Shown here one piece after another: positions 50,803 to 60,241 of a DNA stretch of 64,000 bases. The stretch is from Myxococcales bacterium (GTDB taxonomy: Bacteria; Myxococcota_A; Polyangia; Polyangiales; DASUME01). Each line of letters opens with the position of its first letter. The stretch's first letter is position 1. The stretch lies in the NCBI GenBank assembly GCA_047601445.1, contig JASGJH010000001.1, positions 8,576,001 to 8,640,000 on the forward strand, written 5' to 3'. The notes beneath the pieces were generated by a model. It saw only the letters and a list, made by a program, of their open reading frames with translations. It did not search any database and was not told the DNA's origin. Position numbers and translations under genes: made by a program.

Positions 50803-53007
50803 TCACTGCCCTGCGCGACGCACGATCAGGAACTCCACGCGGCGGTTCTTGGCGCGGTTCTGCGGCGTGACGTTGGGCACGATGGGCTGGTCCATCCCGA
50901 AGCCCTTGGCGGTCAGACGCTCACGCTCCACGCCAGCCTTCACCAGCCAGTTCTTCACGGCCTCGGCGCGTCGCTGGGAGAGGTCGTGGTTGGCGTCGGC
51001 GCCGCCCACGTCGTCCGTGTGGCCGCGCACCTCGACCTCGAGCAGCTCGTGGTTGCGCATGATCACGTCGGCGATCTCGGTGAGCAGCGGCTCGCTGCGC
51101 GCCTCGATGTCGGCCGTGCCGGTGGTGAAGAAGATGCTGCCGCGGATCTGGATGCGATCCTTCTGCACCTTGACCGAGGAGGTTTTGGGGGTGGGCAACA
51201 GCGAGATGCGCACGTCGCTCTCGGTGCGGGCCTTCACGACCACCGACGTCACCGAGATCAGGTAGCCATCCTGTTCCACCCGCGCCGTGTACTCACCGGG
51301 CGCCAGGTTCTCCTCACGGAAGCGGCCCGAAGCGTCGGTGACGATGCTGCGCATGGCGGGGCCAACCAGCTGCACGGCCACGCCGGGCAGGGGAGAGCCG
51401 TCGGTGGCCAGCACGACCTGGCCGAGCGCGGTGCCCACCTTGGGCAGCGCCACGAGCTCGCAGGTGACCGGCACCTCGCCGCCCTCCGGACCGATCAGCG
51501 CGCCGCAGGTACCCATGCGATAGCCCTCGGCCGCAACCTCGAGCTGGAGCTCACCGGGGTCGATCTCGTAGGTCATGAAGCTGCCGTCGGGGCTGGCCAC
51601 GATGGAGTTGAGCGTGCGGCCCGGGAACGTGACCACCGCGCCCGGGACACCCACGCCGGGCGTTCCCTGCTCGATGACGAGACCGCGAACATGACCCTTG
51701 GGAGCGGCCACCTGGACCGGGACCTCCACGCGCTTCTCGACGACCTTGACCACCGGCGGCTTCGGCATCAGGTCGGCGGCGTAGCTGGCGGCGAACATGA
51801 TGCGGTAAGGCGCGTTGGGGGCCAGCTCCTGGACGAAGTTGGTGGACCCACCGATGCCGATGTCGACACCCGCGAGCAGGTTGAGCCCGGGGATCACCGG
51901 GAAGATGCGCGCGGCGAAGGTCAGCCGCTGGCGGTACACGTCCGGGCCTTCCTTGCCCAGGCAGCTGTCGGCCCCCGGCACCTTGTTGCCGTTGGCGAGG
52001 GTGGGGTAGGCGCAGTCGTAGCCCTGGCGATTGACCGGGATCTCGAGGCCCCACTCTGCGATGGGATGGATGGCGAAGCGCTTGCTGGTCTCGATGGGGA
52101 ACTCGGCGCCCAGCGCGAGCAGCACGTGGTCCACGCGGTCGATGTTCAGGGCGAAGCGCTCGTCGCGGCGCACGCGGTGACGGTACTCGTTGAACTCGTC
52201 GATCTGACCGCCGGCCATCGCCTGCAGGTTCGCCAGGCGCGAGCGCTCGGTGTCGTCGATGAGCTTGCCCGAGTTGTTGAACATGTAGCCGGCGTTGAAG
52301 CGCAGCTGCAGCGGGAAGTGCGAGGCCGTCATCTTGCGCAGGTCGAGCGAAAGGTTGCCGCGCATGCCGACCGAGGTGGCCGCCGAATCCGTGCCCACGT
52401 TACCGATCGCGCTCAGCAGGAGCAGCGACAGGTCGCCGCCCAGCGTGAGGCCCGGGATGACTTCGCCGTAGGCTTTGACGCCGAAGGTCATGTCGCCGAT
52501 GGCCTGGAGCACCTGCGGCGTGGTCAGGCTGTTGCGGTTGGAGCGGGCCCCGATGGCAGCCGTCAATTCCAGGTTGCGGATGGGCGTCACGCCGAGCGAG
52601 ACGGCACCTGCACCGTAGCGATCCTTGTCGTTGTTGTAGAGGAAGTCCTTCTTGACGCCGAGGTCGCCGATGACCTGCAGACGGAACGACTTGGGTGCAC
52701 CCGAACCCGCGTCCACCACGAACACACCACCGACCGGGCCGAAGTACGTGTTCGAAGCACGCATATCCCAGCGCCGCTGGCGCTCTTCGTCGGTCTCGGG
52801 GGGCTCGCCCACGGTGGCCGCCGTCGGGGCCGCGGGCGCCGCCGCCGCTTCGCCGCCAGCGCTGGTCTGACCTGTCGTGGAGCCTGAAACGCCACCACCG
52901 ATTTGGGCCGACTGGGCCGAAAGAACACCTGGAACCGCCAAACAGAACGCGACAGAGAGCAGTACCGAGAGCTTGGCAGGCCCCCGGGAGAGCGCGGAAC
53001 GGCGCAT
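50803..53007 (-). CDS. OmpA-family outer-membrane protein (beta-barrel, carboxypeptidase-regulatory-like domains, OmpA C-terminal domain)
   Basis: Signal peptide; TDASGRF...PGEY; IFF..G, VRGHTD, LSQRRAEAV, NRRVEF. Confidence 0.9.
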   Translation of the reverse strand: MRRSALSRGPAKLSVLLSVAFCLAVPGVLSAQSAQIGGGVSGSTTGQTSAGGEAAAAPAAPTAATVGEPPETDEERQRRWDMRASNTYFGPVGGVFVVDAGSGAPKSFRLQVIGDLGVKKDFLYNNDKDRYGAGAVSLGVTPIRNLELTAAIGARSNRNSLTTPQVLQAIGDMTFGVKAYGEVIPGLTLGGDLSLLLLSAIGNVGTDSAATSVGMRGNLSLDLRKMTASHFPLQLRFNAGYMFNNSGKLIDDTERSRLANLQAMAGGQIDEFNEYRHRVRRDERFALNIDRVDHVLLALGAEFPIETSKRFAIHPIAEWGLEIPVNRQGYDCAYPTLANGNKVPGADSCLGKEGPDVYRQRLTFAARIFPVIPGLNLLAGVDIGIGGSTNFVQELAPNAPYRIMFAASYAADLMPKPPVVKVVEKRVEVPVQVAAPKGHVRGLVIEQGTPGVGVPGAVVTFPGRTLNSIVASPDGSFMTYEIDPGELQLEVAAEGYRMGTCGALIGPEGGEVPVTCELVALPKVGTALGQVVLATDGSPLPGVAVQLVGPAMRSIVTDASGRFREENLAPGEYTARVEQDGYLISVTSVVVKARTESDVRISLLPTPKTSSVKVQKDRIQIRGSIFFTTGTADIEARSEPLLTEIADVIMRNHELLEVEVRGHTDDVGGADANHDLSQRRAEAVKNWLVKAGVERERLTAKGFGMDQPIVPNVTPQNRAKNRRVEFLIVRRAGQ

Positions 53008-53266
53008 TCGAGACTCCTTATACCTTCATGAAAACGGGTAGTTGCGGGCGTCGTGCGGCCAGCATTGGACCTACCCAGTGCGACGCGCGCCCATTTGTCG
53101 CAGGTTCTTGGGCAGACTTTCAAGCAAACTGAACTTCCTATTTGGGGGCTCGGTTATGCTGAACGGCTGTGACCTTTTCCGATTCGTTCAGAAGGGCTGA
53201 GCTCCCCCGCGACTCAGGGTCAGTGGCACGCAATGACGCGGCCATCCGACCCCGAGTTAGAGCCCT

Positions 53267-53902
53267 GTGTACCTCCTGGAGCACGACGCCCGCTTGCTTA
53301 CGCTAGGCACACCCAAGCCGAGCCCCGAGGTGCGTGCAAAGGCAGAAGCACCCGCGGGTCCGGGCGCGTCCTCCCTGGAGAGCTCGCAGGTGGTCCCGAG
53401 CTTCGCGGAGGTCTTCCGCACGTACTCGGGCTTCGTATGGCGCGTCTTGCTGCGCCTCGGCGTGGCCGAGTCCGACGTGGACGACGTGGCCCAAGAGGTC
53501 TTCCTGGGCGTGCACCGCAACCTCGCGAGCTTCGAGGGGCGCTGCGCGCTGCGCACCTGGATCTACGGCATCTGTCACCGGCGCGCGATCGACTATCGGC
53601 GGCGCGCCATGACGCGCCCCGAGCTGGCCACCGACGAACCTCCCGAGCAGGGCGTCGAAGCCGAGCAAGACGAAGGGCTCGATCTCGGTTTGGCCCGCGC
53701 CAAACTGGGCGAGTTGCTGGAGAGCCTGGACGAAGAGAAGCGTTCGGTGTTCGTGCTTTTCGAGGTGGAGGGCATTCCCATGGAAGAAGTCGCCGAGATC
53801 GTCGGCTGCCCCCTGCAAACCGCTTACTCGCGCCTCTATGCGGCGCGCAAAAAGGTCGACGCGCTTGCCCAACGCATGCGCGCGCAACGGAGGTCGCCGT
53901 GA
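53267..53902 (+). CDS. ECF RNA polymerase sigma factor
   Basis: FVWRVLLRLGV...DDVAQEVF...RTWIYGI; region 4 FVLFEVEG...EVAEIVGCPLQTAYSRLYAAR. Confidence 0.93.
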   Translation: MYLLEHDARLLTLGTPKPSPEVRAKAEAPAGPGASSLESSQVVPSFAEVFRTYSGFVWRVLLRLGVAESDVDDVAQEVFLGVHRNLASFEGRCALRTWIYGICHRRAIDYRRRAMTRPELATDEPPEQGVEAEQDEGLDLGLARAKLGELLESLDEEKRSVFVLFEVEGIPMEEVAEIVGCPLQTAYSRLYAARKKVDALAQRMRAQRRSP

Positions 53903-54678
53903 GCGTCCCGCAATCGATTCAACGCCTTTCCGAAGACGCCGACACCTCGCCCGAGGTGCGGCAGCTCTTGCGGGCCAGCGAGCTGGACGGTCCCAGCGAA
54001 GCCGACCTCGCAAAGTTCGCGGCGCGCATGGCTCCGCTGGTGGGCTTGCCCCTGGCCGACCTCACGCCGAGTCTGCCTCACGGCACGGCCCCAGCCGATG
54101 TCAGCGGTGCGTCCTGGGGCGGAGCCGCCGCCAAGACGGGGTTGGCCAAGTGGGGCAGCTCCCTGGCTCTGAAAGCAGTGGTGGCAGGCACGCTCTCGCT
54201 GGGCCTCGGGCTGTGGTGGGCGAATCGTCCCGCTCCGGCTCCGGTGCACGAGCCGGCGCAGGCCCCGAGCGTCAGCGTCGCGTCCCGCGTTGCCCCCGTC
54301 CCCGTTGCGCCCGAGACGAACCTGCCCACGTCGGGTGGTGTTGCCGAGCAAGCCCTGCCGGCGCCTGAGGCCGCCCCCAGCGCCGCCAAGCGCGTCGGTG
54401 CCAGCGCTCCCCGTCCCGACGAGCTCTCCCTGATCGCCCAGGCGCAGAGCCTGCGCGCCGAGCCCCAGGCCGTCCTGCGCGTGCTCAAGCAGCACGCCAC
54501 CCTCTATCCGCAAGGCATGTTGGCGCAGGAGCGAGAGGTGCTCGCAGTGGAGGCTCTCGTCTCCGCGGGCCAGCTCAAGGAAGCCAAGCGACGCGCCGGC
54601 CGGCTCGAGGCGGAGTATCCGAACTCCGCACACCTGCCGCGGATCCGCGCCTTGCTCGACCAGGCGGACCACGAGTAG
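53899..54678 (+). CDS. Putative anti-sigma factor (TM, Pro-rich linker, C-terminal TPR-like helices)
   Basis: GTGA overlap with the ECF gene; single TM; ELSLIAQA...YPQG..AQEREVLAVEAL...YPNS. Confidence 0.75.
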   Translation: MSVPQSIQRLSEDADTSPEVRQLLRASELDGPSEADLAKFAARMAPLVGLPLADLTPSLPHGTAPADVSGASWGGAAAKTGLAKWGSSLALKAVVAGTLSLGLGLWWANRPAPAPVHEPAQAPSVSVASRVAPVPVAPETNLPTSGGVAEQALPAPEAAPSAAKRVGASAPRPDELSLIAQAQSLRAEPQAVLRVLKQHATLYPQGMLAQEREVLAVEALVSAGQLKEAKRRAGRLEAEYPNSAHLPRIRALLDQADHE

Positions 54679-54688
54679 CCTGCGCGCC

Positions 54689-55318
54689 ATGAGAGGTGGC
54701 TCGCTTGTTCGTACGGCCCTGCTCGCGACCACCGCGCTCGCCGCGGGCTGCGACTCCGTGCGGAACGTGGGCGGCATGAACACGTGCGACGACGAAGGCG
54801 TGGTCTGCGATCTGGACGGCGGGCTAAGCGACGCCGCCTCGCCCATCGGCGATCCCCAGTACGCCGACTACGACCGCGCCGCCAACCAGCGCATGAGCGC
54901 GGATCTCGCGGGCGACTGGCACGGATTTGCCACGGGCCTGGAGTCCATCAGCTCTCCCTTCGACATGCACTTCGATCCGCTCGAGGGCACCACGGGGGGC
55001 AACTTCTCGGTCCGCTGTCTGGAGCTCACGGTGTGCGTTCCGTTCGGGAACTTCAATCCAGACAGTCGATCCTCGGGCCAGTACGACCTGACTTACGTGG
55101 ACAAGGCGCGGACCGGTAGGGGCGAGTTCACCTGGGAGGACGACGTCCAGCGCTCCCTCGCGTTCAGCAACCTCCTGCTGCAGCAATCGGACCAGGTGCT
55201 GTCTTTCGTCATCGATATCCCCGTGATCGGCAGCTTCCAATTCAGGATGCTGCGCGGTCCCTTTCCCGATGCCGGCGCCGACGTACCGGTGGCGGATGCC
55301 GGTGGTGGTTCTCCGTGA
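54689..55318 (+). CDS. Hypothetical lipoprotein (paralog 1)
   Basis: Lipobox AAGC; follows the anti-sigma gene. Confidence 0.75.
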   Translation: MRGGSLVRTALLATTALAAGCDSVRNVGGMNTCDDEGVVCDLDGGLSDAASPIGDPQYADYDRAANQRMSADLAGDWHGFATGLESISSPFDMHFDPLEGTTGGNFSVRCLELTVCVPFGNFNPDSRSSGQYDLTYVDKARTGRGEFTWEDDVQRSLAFSNLLLQQSDQVLSFVIDIPVIGSFQFRMLRGPFPDAGADVPVADAGGGSP

Positions 55319-55840
55319 CCGGCGTGCGCTGGCTGCCGGTCTGGTGTTTCTTGAGCGCCTGCCTCAACGTGGAGAACGTCGGCGAAGATCCGCCCGAATC
55401 CGCCGTGCCCCGAACCCGAACTTGCGCAAACCCCGGAGCAGCGGGCCACCTGCGTGCGCGCCCTGGTAGATGAGCTCGTGGACGGTGTCTGGGTCGGAGA
55501 GGCCATGGTGGCTGACTCCAAGGTGCCCTGCGCTTTCGAGTTCGCGCTCGACGGTAGCTACCGTGTGACCAATCGCGGCGGCGATCAACGCGCCTTCGGG
55601 CTGCTCTTCTTGTCGGGACCCCGCACCCAGGTCGACGGTCGCTACGCCATCACGGACCTCGTGGAGGGCAAGTACTACGGCTACTTCGAGCGCCCGCTGG
55701 ACGACATGGGCAAGCAAAACCTGCGCAGCGACCTCGAGCAGCTCGTACTCGACGGGGATACGCTCACCTTCTGGTGGCGTTCGACCTACGGGGATATCTC
55801 CCCGATCTCGGTCCCCCTGATGCTTATGCGCACGAGGTAG
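55315..55840 (+). CDS. Hypothetical lipoprotein (paralog 2), apparent +1 frameshift at 55408-55411
   Basis: GTG 55315 overlaps the previous stop: MTGVRWLPVWCFLSAC-LNVENVG. Removing one C of CCCC joins it to ORF 55454-55840. Confidence 0.7.
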
Positions 55841-55858
55841 CGTATAAGCCGGCACCAC

Positions 55859-56848
55859 ATGGACGCTACCGGCGCGCGCCTCCTCTGCATCATCGTGCCC
55901 TGCTTCGACGAGGAGCAGGTAGTGGAGGCCACCCACGCCGAGCTCAAGCGCGTGCTCGACGCCTTGCCGCGCTGGCGTCACCTCATCTACTTCGTCGACG
56001 ACGGTAGCCGCGACGCCACGCTGCTGCGCCTGCGCGCCCTCGAGCGCCGCGACGAGTGCACGCGCGTGCTTTCGCTGTCGCGTAATTTCGGCCACCAGAT
56101 CGCGATCACCGCCGGCCTGGATCACGCCGATCGGCGCGCCGATGCCGTGCTCGTGATGGACGCCGATCTCGAGAATCCACCCAGCTTGATTCCCCGGCTC
56201 ATCGAGCAGCTCGAGCGCGGCCACGACGTGGTGATGGGCGTGCGCGAGACTGGGCGTGTCGTGGGCTGGTGGCGGCGCAGCCTGTCGCGAGCCTTCTATG
56301 CGCTGTTCAACCGCGTTTCGCAGGTGTCCATCGCCTCCGGGGCGCCGGACTTCTTCCTGCTCTCGAGGCGCGCCCGCGAGGCCCTCGGCCGCATGGGTGA
56401 TCAGCGACGCTTTCTGCGCGCGATGGTGGCCTGGATCGGCTTACCCCGGACCCACGTCCCGTACGTGCCCCCGGCGCGTCTTGCGGGCCAGTCCAAGTAC
56501 ACGCTCGGCCGCATGCTGCGGCTCGCTGCCGACGCCATCTTCGCATTCTCGTCCGCGCCGCTCCTGGCCGTCGGCGTCTTAGGCAGCGCCACGTTTCTGG
56601 TGGGCGCTGCGCTGCTCACGTGGTCTGCGCTGAGCACCCAGTTGAGCTTCCTGCCGGGCCTCTTGTGCTTGCTGGCGGGGCTGCAGTTGTCCGCGATCGC
56701 CCTCGTAGGAGCCTACGTGGGGCGCATCTTCGAGCACAGCCAGGGGCGACCGCTCTACATCGTCCGCGAGGCCTCCGAGGACTCGGCCTCCGAGCCGCGC
56801 ATCCTGGACGTCGGACAGCGTTCCGCGCGTCGCGCGCGCGGGCAATAG
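55859..56848 (+). CDS. Glycosyltransferase family 2 (GtrB/YkoT-like polyprenyl-phosphate glycosyltransferase)
   Basis: IVPCFDEE, VDDGSRD, LSRNFGHQIAITAG, MDADL, two C-terminal TMs, GAYVGRIF...RPLYIV. Confidence 0.93.
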   Translation: MDATGARLLCIIVPCFDEEQVVEATHAELKRVLDALPRWRHLIYFVDDGSRDATLLRLRALERRDECTRVLSLSRNFGHQIAITAGLDHADRRADAVLVMDADLENPPSLIPRLIEQLERGHDVVMGVRETGRVVGWWRRSLSRAFYALFNRVSQVSIASGAPDFFLLSRRAREALGRMGDQRRFLRAMVAWIGLPRTHVPYVPPARLAGQSKYTLGRMLRLAADAIFAFSSAPLLAVGVLGSATFLVGAALLTWSALSTQLSFLPGLLCLLAGLQLSAIALVGAYVGRIFEHSQGRPLYIVREASEDSASEPRILDVGQRSARRARGQ

Positions 56849-56865
56849 TCGAGCGTGAGCAAGCC

Positions 56866-57975
56866 CTAGAAACGAGCTCCCAGGCCCAGATCGATGCGCC
56901 CGGCCAGCGGTGGCTGTTCGAGCACCGTCACGTGCGTGCGGTCCGGCAAGGTGGCCTGAAGGGTCGTGCGCACCAGCGGCACCATGAGGCCCGCGCCCCA
57001 GTAGAATCCCAGCGCCTTCCACAGACGCACGGCGCCTCGCAGATCGAGCGTCGCGTCCACCAGCGGGCTCACCGACTGGTTCTCCTTGTTGAAGCCGAAG
57101 CCCTGGCTCTGCATCGCGCCCGCGGCCAACCCTGCGCAGCCGGAGGTTCGCACGCGACCTCGCTCTCCCCACAGCGGGCAGTAGGCCGCCCCCGCGTAAA
57201 GCACCCGCACGTCGGCTCCGGTATCCGGCGGCTCGTCAGCATCCACCGTGCGTTCCGCGAAGACGCTGCCCTCGAAGCGCATGCCGCCCCAGCGCCCGAC
57301 GCGTAGCTCGAGCGCCACACCGCCACCCAACAGCGGCTTGGGGAGGTGTCCCCAATCTGCCCGAATGAACGCGCTGACGTCGGCCCGCGTGGGGACGTGC
57401 GCCGCGGGCTTGGGATTGGGCGTGGGCTCCCAAGGCGGCGGCGCCGGCGGCGGCGCAGGACACACCGCGGCCGGGGTGGGCTCGCTGGCCTCGCTCGGCT
57501 TAGGTGGCGCGGGCTCGGTGGGAGCGGGTTCGGTCACCCCACCGGAAGGAGGAGGAGCGAGTGCCCCTGCGGGATCGATCATCACCGCCAGCACCACGGC
57601 CACCGTCTCCGACAGCTCCTCGCAGGAAGCCCGCTCGGAGACCACCTCGCGCGAACCGAGGGCCTTGCCTTGCGCGTCGAAGGTCCTGAGCTCAGCCCGC
57701 AAGGTCTTGCCTTCGCGGACCGCACTACCCTCCACGATGAGCTGCGCGTCGCGGGGCGCCTCGAACACCGGCCGGTGGAGCTTGCTCTCCACGCGGCGTG
57801 CGAGTTCGCGGCCATCGATGCAGTCCTGGGCGCTCGGCGCGCGGACCCAGTGCAGGCTTGCGCGGGGCGGCGGCGGGGCGCTGGGCACTTCGGCGCTTGC
57901 ACTGCTCAAAGGTGCGGCAAAAAGGCTGGTTTCGAGAGCGAGCACGAAAGCCAGGAGCGTTCTCGTTGGCTCCAT
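56866..57975 (-). CDS. Hypothetical outer-membrane protein (N-terminal domain, Pro-rich linker, beta-barrel-like C-terminus)
   Basis: Signal peptide; C-terminus GLGARF with terminal Phe. Confidence 0.75.
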   Translation of the reverse strand: MEPTRTLLAFVLALETSLFAAPLSSASAEVPSAPPPPRASLHWVRAPSAQDCIDGRELARRVESKLHRPVFEAPRDAQLIVEGSAVREGKTLRAELRTFDAQGKALGSREVVSERASCEELSETVAVVLAVMIDPAGALAPPPSGGVTEPAPTEPAPPKPSEASEPTPAAVCPAPPPAPPPWEPTPNPKPAAHVPTRADVSAFIRADWGHLPKPLLGGGVALELRVGRWGGMRFEGSVFAERTVDADEPPDTGADVRVLYAGAAYCPLWGERGRVRTSGCAGLAAGAMQSQGFGFNKENQSVSPLVDATLDLRGAVRLWKALGFYWGAGLMVPLVRTTLQATLPDRTHVTVLEQPPLAGRIDLGLGARF

Positions 57976-58069
57976 GCGACACGGGACTCTCGCACGAACC
58001 CACTTCCCAAAACCACTCCCCTGTGCGCCTTCGTGGCATGGCATCGAGAGCCGGGTTAGCCTCTTCGCC

Positions 58070-58501
58070 ATGGCCGAGACGATCTTCTCCAAAATCCTTC
58101 GCGGCGAGATTCCGAGCCACAAGATCTACGAGGACGACTTGGTGTTCGCGTTCCTCGACATCAATCCTCTGAGCCATGGGCACACGCTGGTGATCCCCAA
58201 GGAGGCAGTCGCTACCCTCGATCAACTCAGCGACGAGTCCAGCGCGGCCATCGGACGGGTGCTGCCCCGACTCTGCCGCGCCGTGCTGCGCGCCACGGGT
58301 GCCAGCGAGTACAACATCCTGCAAAACAACGGCCCCGGTGCCCACCAGGCCGTCTTCCACGTACATTTCCACATCATTCCCAAGTTCACGGACGGCCGCG
58401 GCCTGGGAATCGACTGGAAAATCCAGAAGCTCGAGTCGGCCGACGCCAAGCAGCTCGTGCAGGCCATCGTCGAAGCAGGCGGGTTTAACCGCCCGTCATG
58501 A
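58070..58501 (+). CDS. HIT family nucleotide hydrolase
   Basis: TIFSKILRGEIP, AFLDINP...GHTLVIPK, QAVFHVHFHIIP. Confidence 0.95.
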   Translation: MAETIFSKILRGEIPSHKIYEDDLVFAFLDINPLSHGHTLVIPKEAVATLDQLSDESSAAIGRVLPRLCRAVLRATGASEYNILQNNGPGAHQAVFHVHFHIIPKFTDGRGLGIDWKIQKLESADAKQLVQAIVEAGGFNRPS

Positions 58502-58614
58502 ACCCCGGACTACCCCCGACTGAACAGTCGCGGGGGCCATTGCGTCCGCAAGAGAATCGCCGGCTAGGGTACCGCTCCAAGTGCGCCCGTGGTCCGGCAC
58601 CGTGAGATAAAGCC

Positions 58615-59628
58615 ATGAAGAAACAAGCCTTTCTAGTAAGCCTCCTGTGCCTCGCGGCGCTCCTTCTGTGGCCCGGGGCGTTGCCGGTGGTGGGGGCAAC
58701 GGATTTCTGGGAAATCAAAATGGCGACCATCGCCCCCAAGTCCAGCAAGCCCATGCGCATCCTGCGCGCCTGGGACACCACCCTGCGCGAGAAGACGGGC
58801 AACCGGGTCGGCTTCCGCTTCTACGCGGGCGGCATCGCGGGGGACGAGCGCGACGTGTTGCGCAAGATGAAGGTCAATCAGATCGACGCCACCTCGCTCA
58901 CCTCGGTGGGCCTCGGGCAGATCGTCCGCAGTGCGTCGGTGCTGCAGATGCCCGGCCTTTTCAAGAGCTACAAGGAGCTCGCCGCCGTCCGCGCAACCAT
59001 GGACGGCGAATGGCGCAAGTCCTTCGATGAAGCTGGCTACCAGCTGCTCGGTTGGTTCGACATCGGCTTCGGCCGCATCTTCTCGGCACACTCCATCGCC
59101 AAGCCCAGCGACCTCAAGAAGGCCCGCCCGTGGGTCTGGCGTGACGACCCGGTGTTTCCGGAGCTCATGAAGATCGTCGGCGCCAACGGCGTTCCGCTCG
59201 GTTTGCCCGAGGTGTTCCCGGCCCTGCAGACGAAGATGGTCGACACCGTCATCGCCTCGCCGGTCGCGGCCCTGGGCCTGCAGTGGTTCAACAACGTGCA
59301 GTACATGACAAAACAGGCTGATATCGCGCTGGTGGGCGCCACGCTCATCGGGAATCATCTGTTCCGCAGCATGCCGCCGGACTGCCAGGAAGCACTGATT
59401 CAGAGCGGCAAGCTGGCCCATCAGAAGGCGCTCGAGCTGGTGGAAGGTGAGGAAATCGCCGCCTACAACGAGCTCAAGACTCGCGGTATCAAGGAGGTCG
59501 ACACGACACCTCACGCCGCCGAATGGCAAAAAGCCTATACCGACCTGCGCACCAAGCTCACCGGTCACCTGTTCACCAAAGACCTGATGGATCGCGTGAC
59601 CAAGGCCGCAGAATCGGCGCGCAAGTAA
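58615..59628 (+). CDS. dctP: TRAP transporter substrate-binding protein DctP
   Basis: KMATIAP, FYAGGIAGDERDVLRKM, PWVWRDDP, EVFPALQTKMVD. Confidence 0.88.
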   Translation: MKKQAFLVSLLCLAALLLWPGALPVVGATDFWEIKMATIAPKSSKPMRILRAWDTTLREKTGNRVGFRFYAGGIAGDERDVLRKMKVNQIDATSLTSVGLGQIVRSASVLQMPGLFKSYKELAAVRATMDGEWRKSFDEAGYQLLGWFDIGFGRIFSAHSIAKPSDLKKARPWVWRDDPVFPELMKIVGANGVPLGLPEVFPALQTKMVDTVIASPVAALGLQWFNNVQYMTKQADIALVGATLIGNHLFRSMPPDCQEALIQSGKLAHQKALELVEGEEIAAYNELKTRGIKEVDTTPHAAEWQKAYTDLRTKLTGHLFTKDLMDRVTKAAESARK

Positions 59629-59656
59629 CAGCGCTTTCAGTTACGGAGTTTGAGTC

Positions 59657-60241
59657 ATGGAATCCCCGATCCTTCAAGTGACAGCCGACGCCACCGCTCA
59701 GATCAAGAAGATCCTCGAGCAGGAGGAGCTAGCGGAGCAGGCGGTGCGCGTGGGCATCGCGGAGAAGAGTCCCACGGGGTTTCAGTATCAGCTCGAGTTC
59801 TGCGACCGCTCGGAGCGCGTCGAGAGCGATGTGCTCATGGAGCAAGACGGCGTCGTGTTCTACGTCGACGGCGAGAGCGTGGAGGACCTGCGCGGCACCA
59901 CGCTGGACTACGTCGACACCGGCTTCAGCGCGGGCTTCAAGTTCGACAACCCGAACAAGCCCAAGCTACTGCAGGATCCCATCGCCGAGCGCGTCCACCG
60001 CGTGATCCAGGAGCGCGTCAACCCGGGTGTGGCCTCCCATGGCGGTCACGTCACGTTGCTCGACGTGCAGGATGGTACGGCCTACGTGCGTCTCGGCGGT
60101 GGCTGCCAGGGGTGCGGGCACGCAGACACCACGGTGAAGGACGGCATCCAGACCATGATCTGCGAGTCAGTGCCCGAGATCCACACGGTGCTCGACGTCA
60201 CGGATCACGCTGCCGGCACCAACCCCTACTTCCAGGGCTGA
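59657..60241 (+). CDS. nfuA: Fe/S biogenesis protein NfuA (degenerate A-type carrier domain plus Nfu domain)
   Basis: LDYV...GFKFDNPN; VNPGVASHGG; GGGCQGC; LDVTDHAAGTNPY. Confidence 0.92.
   Translation: MESPILQVTADATAQIKKILEQEELAEQAVRVGIAEKSPTGFQYQLEFCDRSERVESDVLMEQDGVVFYVDGESVEDLRGTTLDYVDTGFSAGFKFDNPNKPKLLQDPIAERVHRVIQERVNPGVASHGGHVTLLDVQDGTAYVRLGGGCQGCGHADTTVKDGIQTMICESVPEIHTVLDVTDHAAGTNPYFQG

Noticed and set aside
53159..53191. CTGAACG...CGTTCAG inverted repeat between the ompA-like and ECF genes as a LexA box
   Set aside because: The spacing is far longer than a LexA site. It could be another operator, but there is no support.
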